A DNA stretch of 64,000 nucleotides, taken from NCBI GenBank assembly GCA_964586145.1, contig CAZPHH010000009.1, forward strand, positions 5,912-69,911, in the 5' to 3' direction. The stretch comes from an uncultured Phycisphaeraceae bacterium (GTDB taxonomy: Bacteria > Planctomycetota > Phycisphaerae > UBA1845). A model generated the notes under the pieces. The model saw only the letters and a list, made by a program, of their open reading frames with translations. It was not told the DNA's origin and did no database searches. Numbering within the stretch: position 1 is the first letter of the stretch; each line of letters starts with the position of its first letter. This document shows, one piece after another, positions 46,673 to 57,774 of the stretch. The position numbers and the translations under genes were made by a program.

Positions 46673-47059
46673 CTAGACCCGCCGCCGCTTCGCCGGTCGG
46701 CATCCATTGTGCGGCAAAGGAGTTACATCTTCAATAGACTGAATATTCATCCCCGCCGCCTGCAGGGCCGTGATCGCCGACTCACGGCCGGACCCCGGCC
46801 CCTTCACCCGGACCTCCAACTCCACGATGCCGTACTTCTTGGCCGCCTGGGCCGCCTGCTCCGCCGCACGCTGGGCCGCGAAGGGCGTGCTCTTGCGCGT
46901 CCCCTTGAATCCCACCGTGCCCGCGGACGACCAGCACAGCACCTCGCCGCTCAGGTCGGTGATGGTCACCATGGTGTTGTTGAACGTGGCCTTGATATGG
47001 GCGATCCCCCGGGCCACGCTACGACGCGTTTTTCGCTTGCCGGATGCCTTCTTAGCCAC
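46673..47059 (-). CDS. rpsK: 30S ribosomal protein S11
   Basis: [18 protein letters not shown]...TPFAAQ...[15 protein letters not shown] start overlaps the rpsM stop. Confidence 0.93.
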   Translation of the reverse strand: MAKKASGKRKTRRSVARGIAHIKATFNNTMVTITDLSGEVLCWSSAGTVGFKGTRKSTPFAAQRAAEQAAQAAKKYGIVELEVRVKGPGSGRESAITALQAAGMNIQSIEDVTPLPHNGCRPAKRRRV

Positions 47060-47441
47060 GATGCAACTCCTTCACACCCTTCTTGCCGGCCACCGTCTTG
47101 CGCGGGCCTTTTCGCGTTCGGGCGTTCGTTCGCGTCCGCTGCCCCCGGGTGGGCAGACCCCGGCGGTGCCGCATGCCCCGGTAGCACCGGATGTCCCGCA
47201 GACGCGCGATGTTCGCGTTGACGATCCGACGGAGCTGGCCTTCCACCTGGTAGTTCCGGTCGATCACCGACGCCACTCGCGAAATCTCGTCTTCGGTGAG
47301 GTTCTTCGCTCGCACCGCGGGGTCAATGCCGGCCTCCTTGCACACCTGCACGGCGGTATGCGGACCCACCCCGTAGATGTACGTCAGTGCGATCCGAAGC
47401 TGCTTGTCATTCGGAATGTCAACGCCTGCTACACGTGGCAC
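47052..47441 (-). CDS. rpsM: 30S ribosomal protein S13
   Basis: [26 protein letters not shown]...[22 protein letters not shown] start after AAGGAGA. Confidence 0.93.
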   Translation of the reverse strand: MPRVAGVDIPNDKQLRIALTYIYGVGPHTAVQVCKEAGIDPAVRAKNLTEDEISRVASVIDRNYQVEGQLRRIVNANIARLRDIRCYRGMRHRRGLPTRGQRTRTNARTRKGPRKTVAGKKGVKELHRG

Positions 47442-47460
47442 GCCTGGTCTCCTTCGCCGG

Positions 47461-47574
47461 TCAACCCTGACGCTGCTTGTGACGCGGATTCGTACAGATC
47501 ACCCGCACCACACCCTTTCGCTTGACAATTCGGCAGTTCTCACAGATCCGCCGAACACTCGCTCGAACCTTCAT
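47461..47574 (-). CDS. rpmJ: 50S ribosomal protein L36
   Basis: [41 protein letters not shown] overlap with the map stop. Confidence 0.92.
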   Translation of the reverse strand: MKVRASVRRICENCRIVKRKGVVRVICTNPRHKQRQG

Positions 47575-48422
47575 CTCGATCCCTGCCTTTCGACACCCGG
47601 CGACCACCCCGGCTCGGTCCGTCCGTCGCTCAGCACGTCCGAACCCGATGCAGTGACCGCAACGGTGTGCTCGAAATGCGCAGACGGCCTGCCGTCCCGC
47701 GTCACCACCGTCCAACTGTCCGACGTCGCCTTCGTCTCATGCGTTCCCAGGTTGACCATCGGTTCGATGGCCAGCACCAGGCCCGGCTCCAGCCGGAAAT
47801 CCTCGCTACGGCGCTGCCCGTCCCAGTAGTTCGGGACCTTCGGCTCCTCGTGCATCTGCCGGCCGATCCCGTGCCCCACAAAATCCCGCACGACCGACAG
47901 GTTCTGCCCCTCCACGTACGCCTGCATGGCCCGGGCCACCTCGCTCCAACAGCGGCCGGGCCGAATTTCCTGGACGGCCAGGGTCAGCGCCTCTTCGGTC
48001 ACCCGCAACAGGTGCTCCGCTTCCGCCGACACTCGCCCGACGCCCAGCGTCACCGCGGCGTCGCCGCAGTATCCCTTCAGCCGCACGCCGCAATCGATGC
48101 TGACGATGTCTCCTTCGATCAGCACCCGGTCACCCGGAATGCCGTGGACAATCTGCTCGTTCACGCTGATGCACAGCGCCGCGGGGAACGGGAAACGGGC
48201 CTGCGGATTGACCACCCCCTTGAACAGGGGCGCCGCCCCGCACTCCGCAATGATCTCCTCCGCATGCCGATTCAGGGCGCCCGTCACGACGCCCGGCTTC
48301 ACCAGCCCCCGCATCTCCTCCAGCACGCGGTACACCACCGCGTTCGCCCGACGCATCAACTCGATCTCTCGCCGGCTCTTCAGCACAATCCCGCCGGGCA
48401 CCGGTCGACTGCTTCCCATCAT
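47571..48422 (-). CDS. map: type I methionine aminopeptidase
   Basis: Metal ligand contexts [21 protein letters not shown] and FEHTV. Confidence 0.92.
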   Translation of the reverse strand: MMGSSRPVPGGIVLKSRREIELMRRANAVVYRVLEEMRGLVKPGVVTGALNRHAEEIIAECGAAPLFKGVVNPQARFPFPAALCISVNEQIVHGIPGDRVLIEGDIVSIDCGVRLKGYCGDAAVTLGVGRVSAEAEHLLRVTEEALTLAVQEIRPGRCWSEVARAMQAYVEGQNLSVVRDFVGHGIGRQMHEEPKVPNYWDGQRRSEDFRLEPGLVLAIEPMVNLGTHETKATSDSWTVVTRDGRPSAHFEHTVAVTASGSDVLSDGRTEPGWSPGVERQGSR

Positions 48423-48488
48423 CTCCGCTTGCCTTCCGGTTCCGGACGCCGCGTCCGCAACCGCCCGCCGGCCGACATGGCCCGGCGA

Positions 48489-49859
48489 CTACCCCCGGCC
48501 TCCCTTGATCGTGCCCTCGCCACCCAGGAACCCCTGGTAGTTCCGCATGATGAGGTTTGCCTCGATCCGCTGCACCAAATCCAGGGCCACGCTCACCACG
48601 ATCAGCAGGCCCGTCCCGCCCAGGAACGCGGACACGAAGAACGGGATCTCGAGCCAGGCCGCCACCACGGTCGGAATGATCGCGATCAGGGCCAGGAAGC
48701 CCGCACCCACGTACGTGATCCGCCCCATCACCTTCTCCAGGTAGTCCGCGGTCCGCTTGCCGGGCCGCAGGCCCGGGATGAAGCTGCCGTAATCCCGCAG
48801 GTTGTTCGCCATCTCCTTGGGCTGGAACTGCACCGTGGTCCAGAAATACGCGAAGAAGTACACCATCGCCACGTACGTCACCACGTACACATAACTGCCC
48901 GTGCTGAACCACACCGCCAGCTTGTTGAAGAACCCGCCCGCATACCAGACGCTGTGGAACCAGTTGAAGATCATCCGCGGGAAGATCAGCAACGAACTGG
49001 CGAAGATGATCGGCATCACGCCGCCGTGGTTCACCCGCAGCGGCAGATACTGCCGCTGCCCGCCGTACACCCGCCGACCCCGCGTCTGCTTAGCCTGCTG
49101 GATGGGAATCCGGCGCTGACCCTGCGTGATCAGAATGGCCCCCGCCACCACGGCCACAAACGCCACGATCAGGAACAGGATCTTCTGCGGCCCCATCGTG
49201 CCCGCCGCGCTCGCCGTCACGCGAAGGTCGGCGGTCTGTGCCACGTAGATCACGGCCATCGGCATGTTGGCGAGAATCCCCGCCATGATGATCAGGGAAA
49301 TCCCGTTGCCGATCCCGTACTCGTCGATCTGCTCCCCCAGCCACATCAGGAACACGGTCCCGGTGGTCAGGGCCGCCACCGCGACCAGAAGGTAGAACGG
49401 ACTCTCGCGAAAGTCCGCGTAGATGAAACTCTGCTGCCCCGTTCCGGACCGCAGGAACTTCAGCCAGATGATGGCCTGAATCACGCAGAGAAGCACCGTG
49501 GCGTACCGCGTGTACTCCTGGATCTTCTTGCGCCCGGACTCGCCTTCGCGCTGCAGTTTCTCCAGGGCCGGCACCACCGTGACCAGAAGCTGGAAAATAA
49601 TGGACGCCGAGATGTAGGGCATGATGCCCAGCCCGAAGATCGTGCTCTGGCTCAGGTTTCCGCCCGTGAAGATGGCGAAGTACTGCGCCAGTTCTCCCAG
49701 CGGCCCGCCCCCTTCGGCGATGGAACTCATCGCCTCCTGGTTCACGCCCGGAAGGGGCACGGCGAACCCCAGCCGATAGATCATGAGCAGACCCAGAGTG
49801 AAGAGCAGCTTGTTCCGCAACTCCGGGATCTTGAAGATGTTGATGAATGTTCGGAACAT
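48489..49859 (-). CDS. secY: preprotein translocase subunit SecY
   Basis: MFRTFINIFKIPELRNKLLFTLGLL...10-TM SecY core. Syntenic after rplO. Confidence 0.93.
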   Translation of the reverse strand: MFRTFINIFKIPELRNKLLFTLGLLMIYRLGFAVPLPGVNQEAMSSIAEGGGPLGELAQYFAIFTGGNLSQSTIFGLGIMPYISASIIFQLLVTVVPALEKLQREGESGRKKIQEYTRYATVLLCVIQAIIWLKFLRSGTGQQSFIYADFRESPFYLLVAVAALTTGTVFLMWLGEQIDEYGIGNGISLIIMAGILANMPMAVIYVAQTADLRVTASAAGTMGPQKILFLIVAFVAVVAGAILITQGQRRIPIQQAKQTRGRRVYGGQRQYLPLRVNHGGVMPIIFASSLLIFPRMIFNWFHSVWYAGGFFNKLAVWFSTGSYVYVVTYVAMVYFFAYFWTTVQFQPKEMANNLRDYGSFIPGLRPGKRTADYLEKVMGRITYVGAGFLALIAIIPTVVAAWLEIPFFVSAFLGGTGLLIVVSVALDLVQRIEANLIMRNYQGFLGGEGTIKGGRG

Positions 49860-49918
49860 GGCCTCCCACGTCCTGCCGACCCGCCGGCCGGCCTGATCCG
49901 GGCCCTACGGCCCACCCT

Positions 49919-50365
49919 TCAGACCACGCGGGCCTCGCCGCCCGCCGCGGCAATGCTCTCCGTCGCCTTCCGGCTGAACCGGGCCGCTTCGACCGTCAAC
50001 TTCTTGCTCAGGGCGCCGTCGCCCAGCACCTTCACCGGCTGCTGCTTGCTGCGGACCAGCCGGGCATCGATCAGGGCCTGAAGATTCACCACGTCCCCCG
50101 AAGAGAACCGCTCCTCCAGGTCCTTGAGATTCACCACGCTGTACCGCGTCCCGAACTTGACGTTGCTGAAGCCCCGCTTGGGAATCCGCCGGAACAGGGG
50201 CATCTGCCCGCCTTCCGCGAACCCGCGGTTCCGCCAGCCCGCCCGAGACCCGCATCCCTTGTGCCCACGGGTCGCGGTCTTCCCGCGTCCGCTGCCCGGA
50301 CCCCGCCCGATCCGCTTGCGACGGCGGTGAGCGCCGGCCTGACGCGTGATGTCCGTGATATTCAT
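49919..50365 (-). CDS. rplO: 50S ribosomal protein L15
   Basis: RIGRGPGSGRGKTATRGHKG...GGQMPLFRRIPKRGF. Confidence 0.93.
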   Translation of the reverse strand: MNITDITRQAGAHRRRKRIGRGPGSGRGKTATRGHKGCGSRAGWRNRGFAEGGQMPLFRRIPKRGFSNVKFGTRYSVVNLKDLEERFSSGDVVNLQALIDARLVRSKQQPVKVLGDGALSKKLTVEAARFSRKATESIAAAGGEARVV

Positions 50366-50369
50366 GATT

Positions 50370-50879
50370 CTACGCCTGCCCGGCCAGCGTCACGCCTCGA
50401 TTGCGCGCGATGGCCTCCCGATCGTACAGCCCGTCCAGCGCGGCAAACGCCGCTCGAACGAGGTTCTTCGGGCTGTTCGACCCGTAACTCTTCGTCAGTA
50501 CGTCCTTCACGCCGGCCAGCTCCAGAACCGGCCGGACGCTGCCACCGGCGATCACACCCGTGCCCTCCGACGCCGGCAACAGGATCACCTTGCTCGCGCC
50601 GAACCGACCCCAGATGCGATGCGGAAGCGTGCCGCCCTGGAGCTTCACCCGGATCATGCCTTTGTGCGCGATCTTGCGAGCCTTGTCCACGGCGGACGGC
50701 ACTTCCGGGGCCTTGCCATAGCCGATCCCCACCCGGCCGTTCCGATCGCCCACCACCACCAGGGCCGCGAAACTGAACCGCCGACCGCCCTTGACCACCG
50801 TCGCGCAGCGGTAGATCTTGACGACCTCCTCCTCAAATTCCGACTCTTCCCGTGGAAAGAATGCTTGCGACATACTCAT
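50370..50879 (-). CDS. rpsE: 30S ribosomal protein S5
   Basis: [30 protein letters not shown]...GTGVIAGG. Directly abuts rplO, so there is no rpmD. Confidence 0.93.
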   Translation of the reverse strand: MSMSQAFFPREESEFEEEVVKIYRCATVVKGGRRFSFAALVVVGDRNGRVGIGYGKAPEVPSAVDKARKIAHKGMIRVKLQGGTLPHRIWGRFGASKVILLPASEGTGVIAGGSVRPVLELAGVKDVLTKSYGSNSPKNLVRAAFAALDGLYDREAIARNRGVTLAGQA

Positions 50880-50922
50880 TCCCTTTGCGGGACCGCTGGC
50901 CGGCCGGCCCGTCCCGCCGCGG

Positions 50923-51291
50923 TCAGAACTTCAGCCCGGCCTCCCGGGCCGCGTCGGCCAGGGCCTTGATGCGGCCGTGAAACTTGTATCCGTTGCGGTC
51001 AAAGCACACCTGTGCGATCCCGGCCGACGCCGCCCGCTCCGCGAGCGTCTTGCCGACCGCCTTGGCCGCGTCGATGTTGCCACCGTACGTTACGCTCGTC
51101 CGCAGGTCCTTGCCCTGCGTACTGGCGGCGCAAAGCGTGACGCCTCGCTGGTCGTCCACGATTTGCGCGTAAATGTTCTTCAGGCTGCGAAACACCGTCA
51201 GCCGCGGCTTCTGGGCCGTGCCGAAGACCGACTTCCGCACGCGATGCTTGCGCCGCACCCGCCGAACCTGCTTGATTTTTTCCGCTCTCAT
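50923..51291 (-). CDS. rplR: 50S ribosomal protein L18
   Basis: [18 protein letters not shown]...[26 protein letters not shown]. Confidence 0.93.
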   Translation of the reverse strand: MRAEKIKQVRRVRRKHRVRKSVFGTAQKPRLTVFRSLKNIYAQIVDDQRGVTLCAASTQGKDLRTSVTYGGNIDAAKAVGKTLAERAASAGIAQVCFDRNGYKFHGRIKALADAAREAGLKF

Positions 51292-51386
51292 GGCCTGCTT
51301 CGTCTTCCGTCAACCCCACAACCCAACCCCACTGAGGGTCGCCCCGCGGCCGACCGACGCGGTCGACCCCGGTTCAGGCCGCCCGG

Positions 51387-51986
51387 CTAGCCGCCGCCGC
51401 TGGCAAACGCCTTGCCCTGCTTGCGGCGCACCTGCTCGCCCTGGTACCGAATGCCCTTGCCCTTGTACGGCTCCGCCTTGCGGATCATCCGCACGTCTGC
51501 ACAGAAAGAGCCGACCAGTTGCTTGTCGATGCCCCGCACCACGAACTTCGCCGGCTCCATCTCGCCGCGGGCCGCCTTCACCTCCACGGTCACGTCCAGG
51601 CCCTTGGGCACCGGGATCTCGAACTGGGCCTTGTTCTTGCCGCCGCGGCCCATGAATCCGCAGTTCAGGTGCAGCTTGCCGCCCACCAGGTCACAGCCGT
51701 AGCCGGTCCCGTAAATCTCCAAACGCCGTTCGTACCCCTGCGTCACCCCGACCACCATGTTCTGCAGCAGGGCCCGCGTCAGCCCGTGAAGGGCGCGTTG
51801 CTGCTTGGTGTCGGCCTCCCGCTCGACGCAGATTCTCTTTTCGGCCGCATCCACCGTCACGGAAATCCCTGCCGGGAACGTGTGGCAAAGCGACCCCTTG
51901 CCGGACGACACGGTTACCGTGCGTCCGCTGACCTTCACATCCACCCCGCTCGGCACAGGGATGGGTTTCTTGCCGACTCGAGACAT
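51387..51986 (-). CDS. rplF: 50S ribosomal protein L6
   Basis: MSRVGKKPIPVPSGVDVKVSGRTVTV...PEPYKGKGIRY. ATG 51986 follows GGAGGATGAG. Confidence 0.93.
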   Translation of the reverse strand: MSRVGKKPIPVPSGVDVKVSGRTVTVSSGKGSLCHTFPAGISVTVDAAEKRICVEREADTKQQRALHGLTRALLQNMVVGVTQGYERRLEIYGTGYGCDLVGGKLHLNCGFMGRGGKNKAQFEIPVPKGLDVTVEVKAARGEMEPAKFVVRGIDKQLVGSFCADVRMIRKAEPYKGKGIRYQGEQVRRKQGKAFASGGG

Positions 51987-52038
51987 CGTCTTCTCATCCT
52001 CCGGGCCCGGGGCCGTAGACGCCGCCGGACGCACCCGG

Positions 52039-52434
52039 TCAGTACACCGTGCAGATCAACTCGCCGCCCACTTTCCGTTCGCGGCACGCGCGGTCGCTCA
52101 GCACCCCCTGGCTGGTGGAAATGATCGCAATTCCCAGCCCGTCCATCACGCTCGGCAGGGCCTCGACGCCGGAATACATGCGCCGTCCCGGCTTGGAGGC
52201 GCGGCGAATGGCGTGGATCACGTCCTCTCCGTTCGGACCGTACCTCAGGTCCATCCGCAGCAGGTTCTGCCGGGTGTCGGCGATCACGTCGTACGACTCG
52301 ATGAACCCTTCGTCCCGCAGCACCTGGGCAATCCCCACTTTCAGCTTGGACGAAGGCACCGTCACCTGCTTCCGGCGGATGCGTGCGGCGTTGCGAATCC
52401 GGGTCAGCATGTCGGCTATGGGGTCACTCCACAT
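52039..52434 (-). CDS. rpsH: 30S ribosomal protein S8
   Basis: DPIADMLTRIRNA...GIAIISTSQGVLSD...GGELICTVY. Confidence 0.93.
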   Translation of the reverse strand: MWSDPIADMLTRIRNAARIRRKQVTVPSSKLKVGIAQVLRDEGFIESYDVIADTRQNLLRMDLRYGPNGEDVIHAIRRASKPGRRMYSGVEALPSVMDGLGIAIISTSQGVLSDRACRERKVGGELICTVY

Positions 52435-52530
52435 CCGATCGTCACCTCACTTGCGTCTCTCCGAGGGCCCGCGGCCCGACGCCGCCGCCCTCCGTCGTCC
52501 GCCCGTATCCGACGGGCGGACTCCAGGTCG

Positions 52531-52716
52531 CTACCAACTCGCCTTCCGCATCCCCGGGATCTTGCCCTCATGGGCCAGCGACCGCAGGCAGATGCGACAA
52601 ATCCGGAACTTGCGGTACACCGCCCGCGAGCGGCCGCACAACTGACACCGTCGAATGATTCGAACGCGGTACTTCGGCGTCCGACTCGCCTTGTTCATCC
52701 AGGCCTTGGTCGCCAT
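52531..52716 (-). CDS. rpsN: 30S ribosomal protein S14, zinc-binding type Z
   Basis: 61 aa with [20 protein letters not shown]. Confidence 0.92.
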   Translation of the reverse strand: MATKAWMNKASRTPKYRVRIIRRCQLCGRSRAVYRKFRICRICLRSLAHEGKIPGMRKASW

Positions 52717-52719
52717 GCG

Positions 52720-53277
52720 CTACTCCTGACCGCCCGTCCGGCGGAACGGCATTCCCAGCTTCGCCAGCAGCCCCCTCGCCTGTTCATCCGTGGTGGCGGA
52801 GGTCACCAGCGTGATGTTCATTCCCTGGGGATACTCCACTTTGTTGATGTCGATCTCCGGAAACACGGACTGGTCCGCGATCCCCAGTGAGTAATTGCCC
52901 CGGCCGTCAAACGCATCCGGGCTCAGGCCGCGGAAGTCACGCATCCGCGGGATGGCCAGGTTGATCAGCCGGTCGACGAACTCATACATCCGCCGACCCC
53001 GCAGAGTCACCTTCAGGCCGATCTCATACCCGGTGCGGAGCTTGAAGTTCGAAACGCTCTTGCGGGCCCGGCAGATCGCCGCCTTCTGACCCGTGATCTT
53101 GGAAAGATCATCCGCCGCCGCCGGCAGCCGCTTCTTGTCCTGCAGGGCCTTGCCCAGCCCCATGGACACAATCACCTTCCGAAGGCGCGGCACCGCCAGC
53201 TCGTTTTGGATCCCGAAATCCTCCCGCAACGAAGGGAGAATCTCCGTCTTGTATTGCTCGAGTAGTCTCGCCATCAC
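52720..53277 (-). CDS. rplE: 50S ribosomal protein L5
   Basis: ARLLEQYKTEILPSL...PRLRKVIVSMGLG...DGRGNYSLGI. Confidence 0.93.
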   Translation of the reverse strand: MMARLLEQYKTEILPSLREDFGIQNELAVPRLRKVIVSMGLGKALQDKKRLPAAADDLSKITGQKAAICRARKSVSNFKLRTGYEIGLKVTLRGRRMYEFVDRLINLAIPRMRDFRGLSPDAFDGRGNYSLGIADQSVFPEIDINKVEYPQGMNITLVTSATTDEQARGLLAKLGMPFRRTGGQE

Positions 53278-53338
53278 CTACCGTCACGCTTTCCGTCGGC
53301 CGCCCGCATCCGGGCCGGGCCGCCCGTCACAGTCCTCC

Positions 53339-53692
53339 CTATGCCTGCTCCGCCTTGCGCAGCGAGTCCAGCACGTTGCCGTCCTGCGTCACCCGCCTCT
53401 TGGCGATCACCTTGCCGGCGCTGTTTCGATCCACCTCAAAGTGGATCCGGCGACCCCGGCCCGCCTTCGGGTCGTACGGCAGCACGTTGGACAGGTGGAT
53501 CGGGGCCTCCTTCTGCAGGCGGCCGCCCTGCGGGTTCCGGCGGGTGGGCCGAACGTGGCGGTACACCATGTTCACGCCCTCCACCACCACCCGGTCGCGG
53601 TCGTAATCGATCCGCAACACTTTGCCCCGCGCTCCCTTGTGAGCGCCGGCGATCACCTCGACCACCTGATCCCTGCGAATGCGACGCGCCAT
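53339..53692 (-). CDS. rplX: 50S ribosomal protein L24
   Basis: MARRIRRDQVVEVIAGAHKGARGKVLRI (KOW motif). First 10 track-ORF codons rejected. Confidence 0.9.
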   Translation of the reverse strand: MARRIRRDQVVEVIAGAHKGARGKVLRIDYDRDRVVVEGVNMVYRHVRPTRRNPQGGRLQKEAPIHLSNVLPYDPKAGRGRRIHFEVDRNSAGKVIAKRRVTQDGNVLDSLRKAEQA

Positions 53693-53748
53693 GGTTCGCC
53701 TTCCTGTCCGCGTTCTCCACAAACCGTCCCGGCCGGACCGGCTTTCGA

Positions 53749-54168
53749 TCAGACCACCTCGTCGGCCAGGGAGATAATCTTCATGTACCCCCGCTCGCGC
53801 AGCTCCCGGGCCACCGCCCCGAAAATGCGCGTGCCGCGGGGATCGTTGTTGTTGTCCAGCAGCACCACGGCGTTCGTGTCAAACCGCACGTAGCTCCCGT
53901 CCGGTCGACACGTGGGCTTGCACGTCCGCACCACCACCGCCCGCGCCTTGCGCCGGGTCGATCGCTCCTTCCGCGTGGCGCCGCCCGCGAAATCACTATT
54001 GGGAAGCGCCTTCTTCACCGCCACCAGCACGATGTCGCCCACTTCCGCACGCTTCAGACGATACTTGCCGTGGCGGGCCGTGCTGCCCTTGCCAAGCACG
54101 GCGATCACCTGGGCCTGTTTCGCCCCGGTGTTGTCGGCCACGTCCACCATGGTCTGCAACTGGATCAT
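53749..54168 (-). CDS. rplN: 50S ribosomal protein L14 (with ~17-aa insertion)
   Basis: [17 protein letters not shown]...[16 protein letters not shown]...[12 protein letters not shown]...KIISLA. Confidence 0.92.
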   Translation of the reverse strand: MIQLQTMVDVADNTGAKQAQVIAVLGKGSTARHGKYRLKRAEVGDIVLVAVKKALPNSDFAGGATRKERSTRRKARAVVVRTCKPTCRPDGSYVRFDTNAVVLLDNNNDPRGTRIFGAVARELRERGYMKIISLADEVV

Positions 54169-54260
54169 CGATCACCTGCGCTCACGCTGCGCCGCTTCGG
54201 CGGCATCCCGTCCGCCCGCCTCGGGGCGGCCCCGCCGTCTCCCGGCCCGCGGTCCGGGGC

Positions 54261-54548
54261 CTACAGAACCTTGACCAGCCGCCAGCTCTTCGTCTTCGAT
54301 ACCGGACGACAGGCCGCCACCTCCACCCGATCACCCACGTGGGCCTCGTTCTTTTCGTCGTGTACGTGCAGCCGGGTCCGCCGCCGCATGTACTTGCCGT
54401 ACTTGGCGTGTTGGGTCAGGTGCATGCACTCCACGACGATGGTCTTGTCGCCCTGGTCCGAGGCCACCACGCCGCGCCGCACCGCCCGCGCCCGTCGTCC
54501 CGATGACTTCTCGCTTCCCGTATCGCTGCTCGTCTCTGCTGGCGTCAT
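54261..54548 (-). CDS. rpsQ: 30S ribosomal protein S17
   Basis: RRGVVASDQGDKTIVVECMHLTQHAKYGKYMRRRTRLHVHDE...GDRVEVAACRPVSKTK. Confidence 0.92.
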   Translation of the reverse strand: MTPAETSSDTGSEKSSGRRARAVRRGVVASDQGDKTIVVECMHLTQHAKYGKYMRRRTRLHVHDEKNEAHVGDRVEVAACRPVSKTKSWRLVKVL

Positions 54549-54605
54549 GCCGCTGCTCGTCCTTTCCGAATCACGCCGCGGTCACCCACCCGGCAACGTC
54601 CGAAC

Positions 54606-54854
54606 TCAACCGCCGCGCCGGTGCGTGGCGATCGCCTCCAGGTGGTATTGCCTCTCTTCGATTCCGCTCTCGCCCCGCTCCTTCAGAATCGTGAAGATGC
54701 GAGCGATGTCCCGCCGGGCCTGCGTCACCTGGTTCGGGTTCTCCAGCTTCTCCGTCACCCGCTGCGAACGCAGGTCGAACAGGTGCCGACGCAACCGGTC
54801 CAGCTCCCCGTGCAACTCCTCGGTCTTCATGTCACGCAGTTGCCCGATCTTCAT
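54606..54854 (-). CDS. rpmC: 50S ribosomal protein L29 (C-terminally extended)
   Basis: MKIGQLRDMKTEELHGELDRLRRHLFDLRSQ. Lies at the C-terminal end of a longer spurious track ORF (54606..55547). Confidence 0.88.
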   Translation of the reverse strand: MKIGQLRDMKTEELHGELDRLRRHLFDLRSQRVTEKLENPNQVTQARRDIARIFTILKERGESGIEERQYHLEAIATHRRGG

Positions 54855-54874
54855 CAGTATCGCTCCCAACCCGA

Positions 54875-55291
54875 TCAGCCGTGATGCCGCCGGACAAACC
54901 GGCAACGCAACGGCATCTTGTTGGCCACCCGCGCCAGGGCCATCTTGGCGATGCTCTCCTCGACCCCGCCGATCTCGTACAGAACCTTCCCGGCACGCAC
55001 CCGGGCCACCCATTCCTCCGGCTCGCCCTTGCCCTTGCCCATCCGCGTCTCCAGCGGCTTGGACGACACCGGGTGGTCCGGGAACAGACGCATGAACACC
55101 CGCCCCTCGCGGTGCAGGAAGTGCGTCGCCGCCACCCGGCCCGCCTCGATCTGACGGGCCGTGATCCAGCCGGGCTCCAGCACCTGCAGGCCGAACTCCC
55201 CGTACGACACCCGCGTCCCGCGGGTGGCGTGGCCGCGAATCTTGCCGCGCTGGGCTTTGCGGAACTTGACTCGCTTGGGCATCATCGCCAT
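54875..55291 (-). CDS. rplP: 50S ribosomal protein L16
   Basis: MPKRVKFRKAQRGKIRG...ETRMGKGKG. Confidence 0.93.
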   Translation of the reverse strand: MAMMPKRVKFRKAQRGKIRGHATRGTRVSYGEFGLQVLEPGWITARQIEAGRVAATHFLHREGRVFMRLFPDHPVSSKPLETRMGKGKGEPEEWVARVRAGKVLYEIGGVEESIAKMALARVANKMPLRCRFVRRHHG

Positions 55292-55318
55292 TGCACAATC
55301 TCCCGATCACACCCGCGG

Positions 55319-56017
55319 TCAGCCGCGCTTGCCCCGCCGACCCCGCCGCGGCTCCATAGGCGTCAGCGTCACCTCTTCCCCGTACTTGCCCGTGAACAGC
55401 CAGACCTTCACGCCGATCACGCCGTATGACGTCCGGCTCACCGCGAATCCGTAATCCACATGCGCTTGAAGCGTGTGAAGCGGAATCGAACCCCGGATCT
55501 GCTTCTCGCACCGGGCCATCTCCGCCCCGCCCAACCGCCCGCTGCATATGATCTTGCAGCCCTTGGCGCCCGCGCCCATCGCCGCGTCAATCCGCATCTT
55601 CATCACGCGGCGGAACCCCGCCCGCTTCCGAAGCTGCTCCGCCACCGACTCCGCCAGCAACTGGGCGTCCGTGTCCGGCGACTGGATCTCCTGGATCGTC
55701 ACCTTGATCTTGCGGTCAACCAGCTCTTCCAGCGCTTCCCGAAGCTTGTCCACCTCGGCGCCCTTCGGCCCGATCACCAGACCCGGACGCGCCGTGTGCA
55801 GAACCACCTCCACCTCGTTCCGCGTCCGTCGGATGACCACCTTCGCCACCGCCGCGTACGGAGGCTGCCGGTTCAGACGTTCGTCGATGAACCGCCGAAT
55901 CTTCTGGTCCTCCACCAGGCACTCGCCGAAGTCTTTTTTCGACGGCGGGTACCAATGAGAGCGCCAGTCCTCCGTCACGCCCATGCGGAAGCCGAGTGGA
56001 TGAATCTTCTGCCCCAC
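55319..56017 (-). CDS. rpsC: 30S ribosomal protein S3
   Basis: MGQKIHPLGFRMGVTEDWRSHWY...KH domain...GRLGGAEMAR. Confidence 0.93.
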   Translation of the reverse strand: MGQKIHPLGFRMGVTEDWRSHWYPPSKKDFGECLVEDQKIRRFIDERLNRQPPYAAVAKVVIRRTRNEVEVVLHTARPGLVIGPKGAEVDKLREALEELVDRKIKVTIQEIQSPDTDAQLLAESVAEQLRKRAGFRRVMKMRIDAAMGAGAKGCKIICSGRLGGAEMARCEKQIRGSIPLHTLQAHVDYGFAVSRTSYGVIGVKVWLFTGKYGEEVTLTPMEPRRGRRGKRG

Positions 56018-56074
56018 GTCTTGCTCCTCGTCCGGCCTGCCGGGCCCGTCCCTCGGGACCCGCCGCCCGGCCCG

Positions 56075-56440
56075 TTACTTCTCGGCAACCCGAACAACCA
56101 GGTGACTCGTCCGCTTGGCGATCGGATGGGCCCGGCCGCGGTCCTTCGGGTGCCAGCGTCGGAAGTACGGCCCGCCGTCCACCCGAGCCTCCGTCACCCG
56201 CAACTGCGCTACGTTCGCCTCGTCCTGTTCCGCGTTGTTGATCGCGGAGCGCAGCACGCTCGCGACCATGCCGCTCGCCCGCCGATGGTTGAAGCGCAGA
56301 ATGTCCAGCGCCTCCGGGCACGACCGCCCGCGAATCAGCGCCATCACCAGACGGGCCTTTCGCGGACTGATCCGGGCGAACCGAAAGATCGCCCCCCACT
56401 CGCTCCGTGTCTCGGTCTGCTCTGCCATGGTCCGACTCAC
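56075..56440 (-). CDS. rplV: 50S ribosomal protein L22
   Basis: FARISPRKARLVMALIRGRSCPEALDIL...SAINNAE...RAHPIAKRTSHL. Confidence 0.92.
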   Translation of the reverse strand: MSRTMAEQTETRSEWGAIFRFARISPRKARLVMALIRGRSCPEALDILRFNHRRASGMVASVLRSAINNAEQDEANVAQLRVTEARVDGGPYFRRWHPKDRGRAHPIAKRTSHLVVRVAEK

Positions 56441-56505
56441 CTATCCAGGCCCTCCGCCGTCGGCCCGCCTCCGCCGTCCGCGAGGCGCCGCCTGCGGCAT
56501 CGGGA

Positions 56506-56772
56506 TCACTTCTTCGAGCCCGCGTGCCCCTTGAACGTCCGCGTGGGACTGAACTCGCCGAGCTTGTGGCCCACCATGTCTTCCGTCACCAGCACGCCCA
56601 CAAACTGCTTGCCGTTGTGCACGTCGAACTTCTGGCCCACGAACTCCGGCACGATCGTGCATCGGCGAGCCCAGGTTCGAATCGGCTGGTTCACGTTCCG
56701 CTCCTTCGCCAGGATCACCTTGCGATAGAGCTTCTCGTCCACGAACGGACCCTTCTTCGCAGATCGCGTCAT
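56506..56772 (-). CDS. rpsS: 30S ribosomal protein S19
   Basis: [15 protein letters not shown]...[27 protein letters not shown]...[16 protein letters not shown]. Confidence 0.93.
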   Translation of the reverse strand: MTRSAKKGPFVDEKLYRKVILAKERNVNQPIRTWARRCTIVPEFVGQKFDVHNGKQFVGVLVTEDMVGHKLGEFSPTRTFKGHAGSKK

Positions 56773-56865
56773 CCTGCGAGCCTCTCACTTGCTTTCGTGA
56801 CCATCCGGACTCACGCCGCCGCTGTTCGGCCGTTCACAGGGGCCGCATACGGCAACCACGTCCCG

Positions 56866-57732
56866 TTATTTCCGAGGCAGCACCAACTGCCCGTACCGCT
56901 TGCTTCGACGCCGCCGCAAGATGCGCTTGTTCGACGGCTTGTTCGGGCTTCGGGTATGTCCACCCTTCGCCAGTTTGCCGGTCGGGCTGCACGGGTGACG
57001 ACCGCCGCAGTTCCGCCCCTCACCGCCGCCCAGCGGGTGATCGTGCGGGTTCATGCAGGTCCCGCGCACGTGCGGGCGCCGACCCCGATGCCGCGTCCGC
57101 CCGGCCTTGCCCCAGCGCAGATTCTGGTGGTCGACGTTGCCGAGCTGCCCGATCGTGGCCCGGCACTCGATCCGGACCTGCCGCATTTCGCCCGACGGCA
57201 TCACCAGCGTCGCCCAGTTCCCTTCGCGGGCCAGCAGCCGGCAGGCCGCGCCCGCGGAGCGTGCCATCTTCCCCCCCTGGCCCGCGTTCATCTCGACGTT
57301 GTGTACGTCCATGCCCACGGGGATCGAGCTGAGCGGCATGCAGTTGCCGATTTTCGGCTCCACGCGCTCGCCGCTCTCGACCACCTCGCCCGGCTTCAGC
57401 CCGACGGGGGCCAGGATGTACCGCTTCTCGCCGTCGGAGTACTGCACCAGGGCGATATGGCACGAGCGGTTCGGGTCGTACTCCACGCTCACCACGCTCG
57501 CCCCGGAGTCGTCCTTTCGCCGCCGGAAGTCAATTCGACGGTAAATTTTGCGGGCCCCGCCGCCGCGATGCCGACACGTGATCCGCCCGTGATGATTCCG
57601 ACCGCCGCGCCGGACCAGCCGCTCACAAAGCGACTTCTCCGGGCCCTTCCGCTTGTCGGTGATCTCATCAAAATCATTCACCGACGACTTGCGCCGTCCG
57701 GGGGACGTCGGTTTGTAGATCTTGATGCCCAT
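56866..57732 (-). CDS. rplB: 50S ribosomal protein L2
   Basis: [14 protein letters not shown]...[13 protein letters not shown]...[18 protein letters not shown]. Confidence 0.93.
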   Translation of the reverse strand: MGIKIYKPTSPGRRKSSVNDFDEITDKRKGPEKSLCERLVRRGGRNHHGRITCRHRGGGARKIYRRIDFRRRKDDSGASVVSVEYDPNRSCHIALVQYSDGEKRYILAPVGLKPGEVVESGERVEPKIGNCMPLSSIPVGMDVHNVEMNAGQGGKMARSAGAACRLLAREGNWATLVMPSGEMRQVRIECRATIGQLGNVDHQNLRWGKAGRTRHRGRRPHVRGTCMNPHDHPLGGGEGRNCGGRHPCSPTGKLAKGGHTRSPNKPSNKRILRRRRSKRYGQLVLPRK

Positions 57733-57774
57733 GTCAACCCCGCTCTCGCCGCACGTTCACGGCGCTTGGCTTTC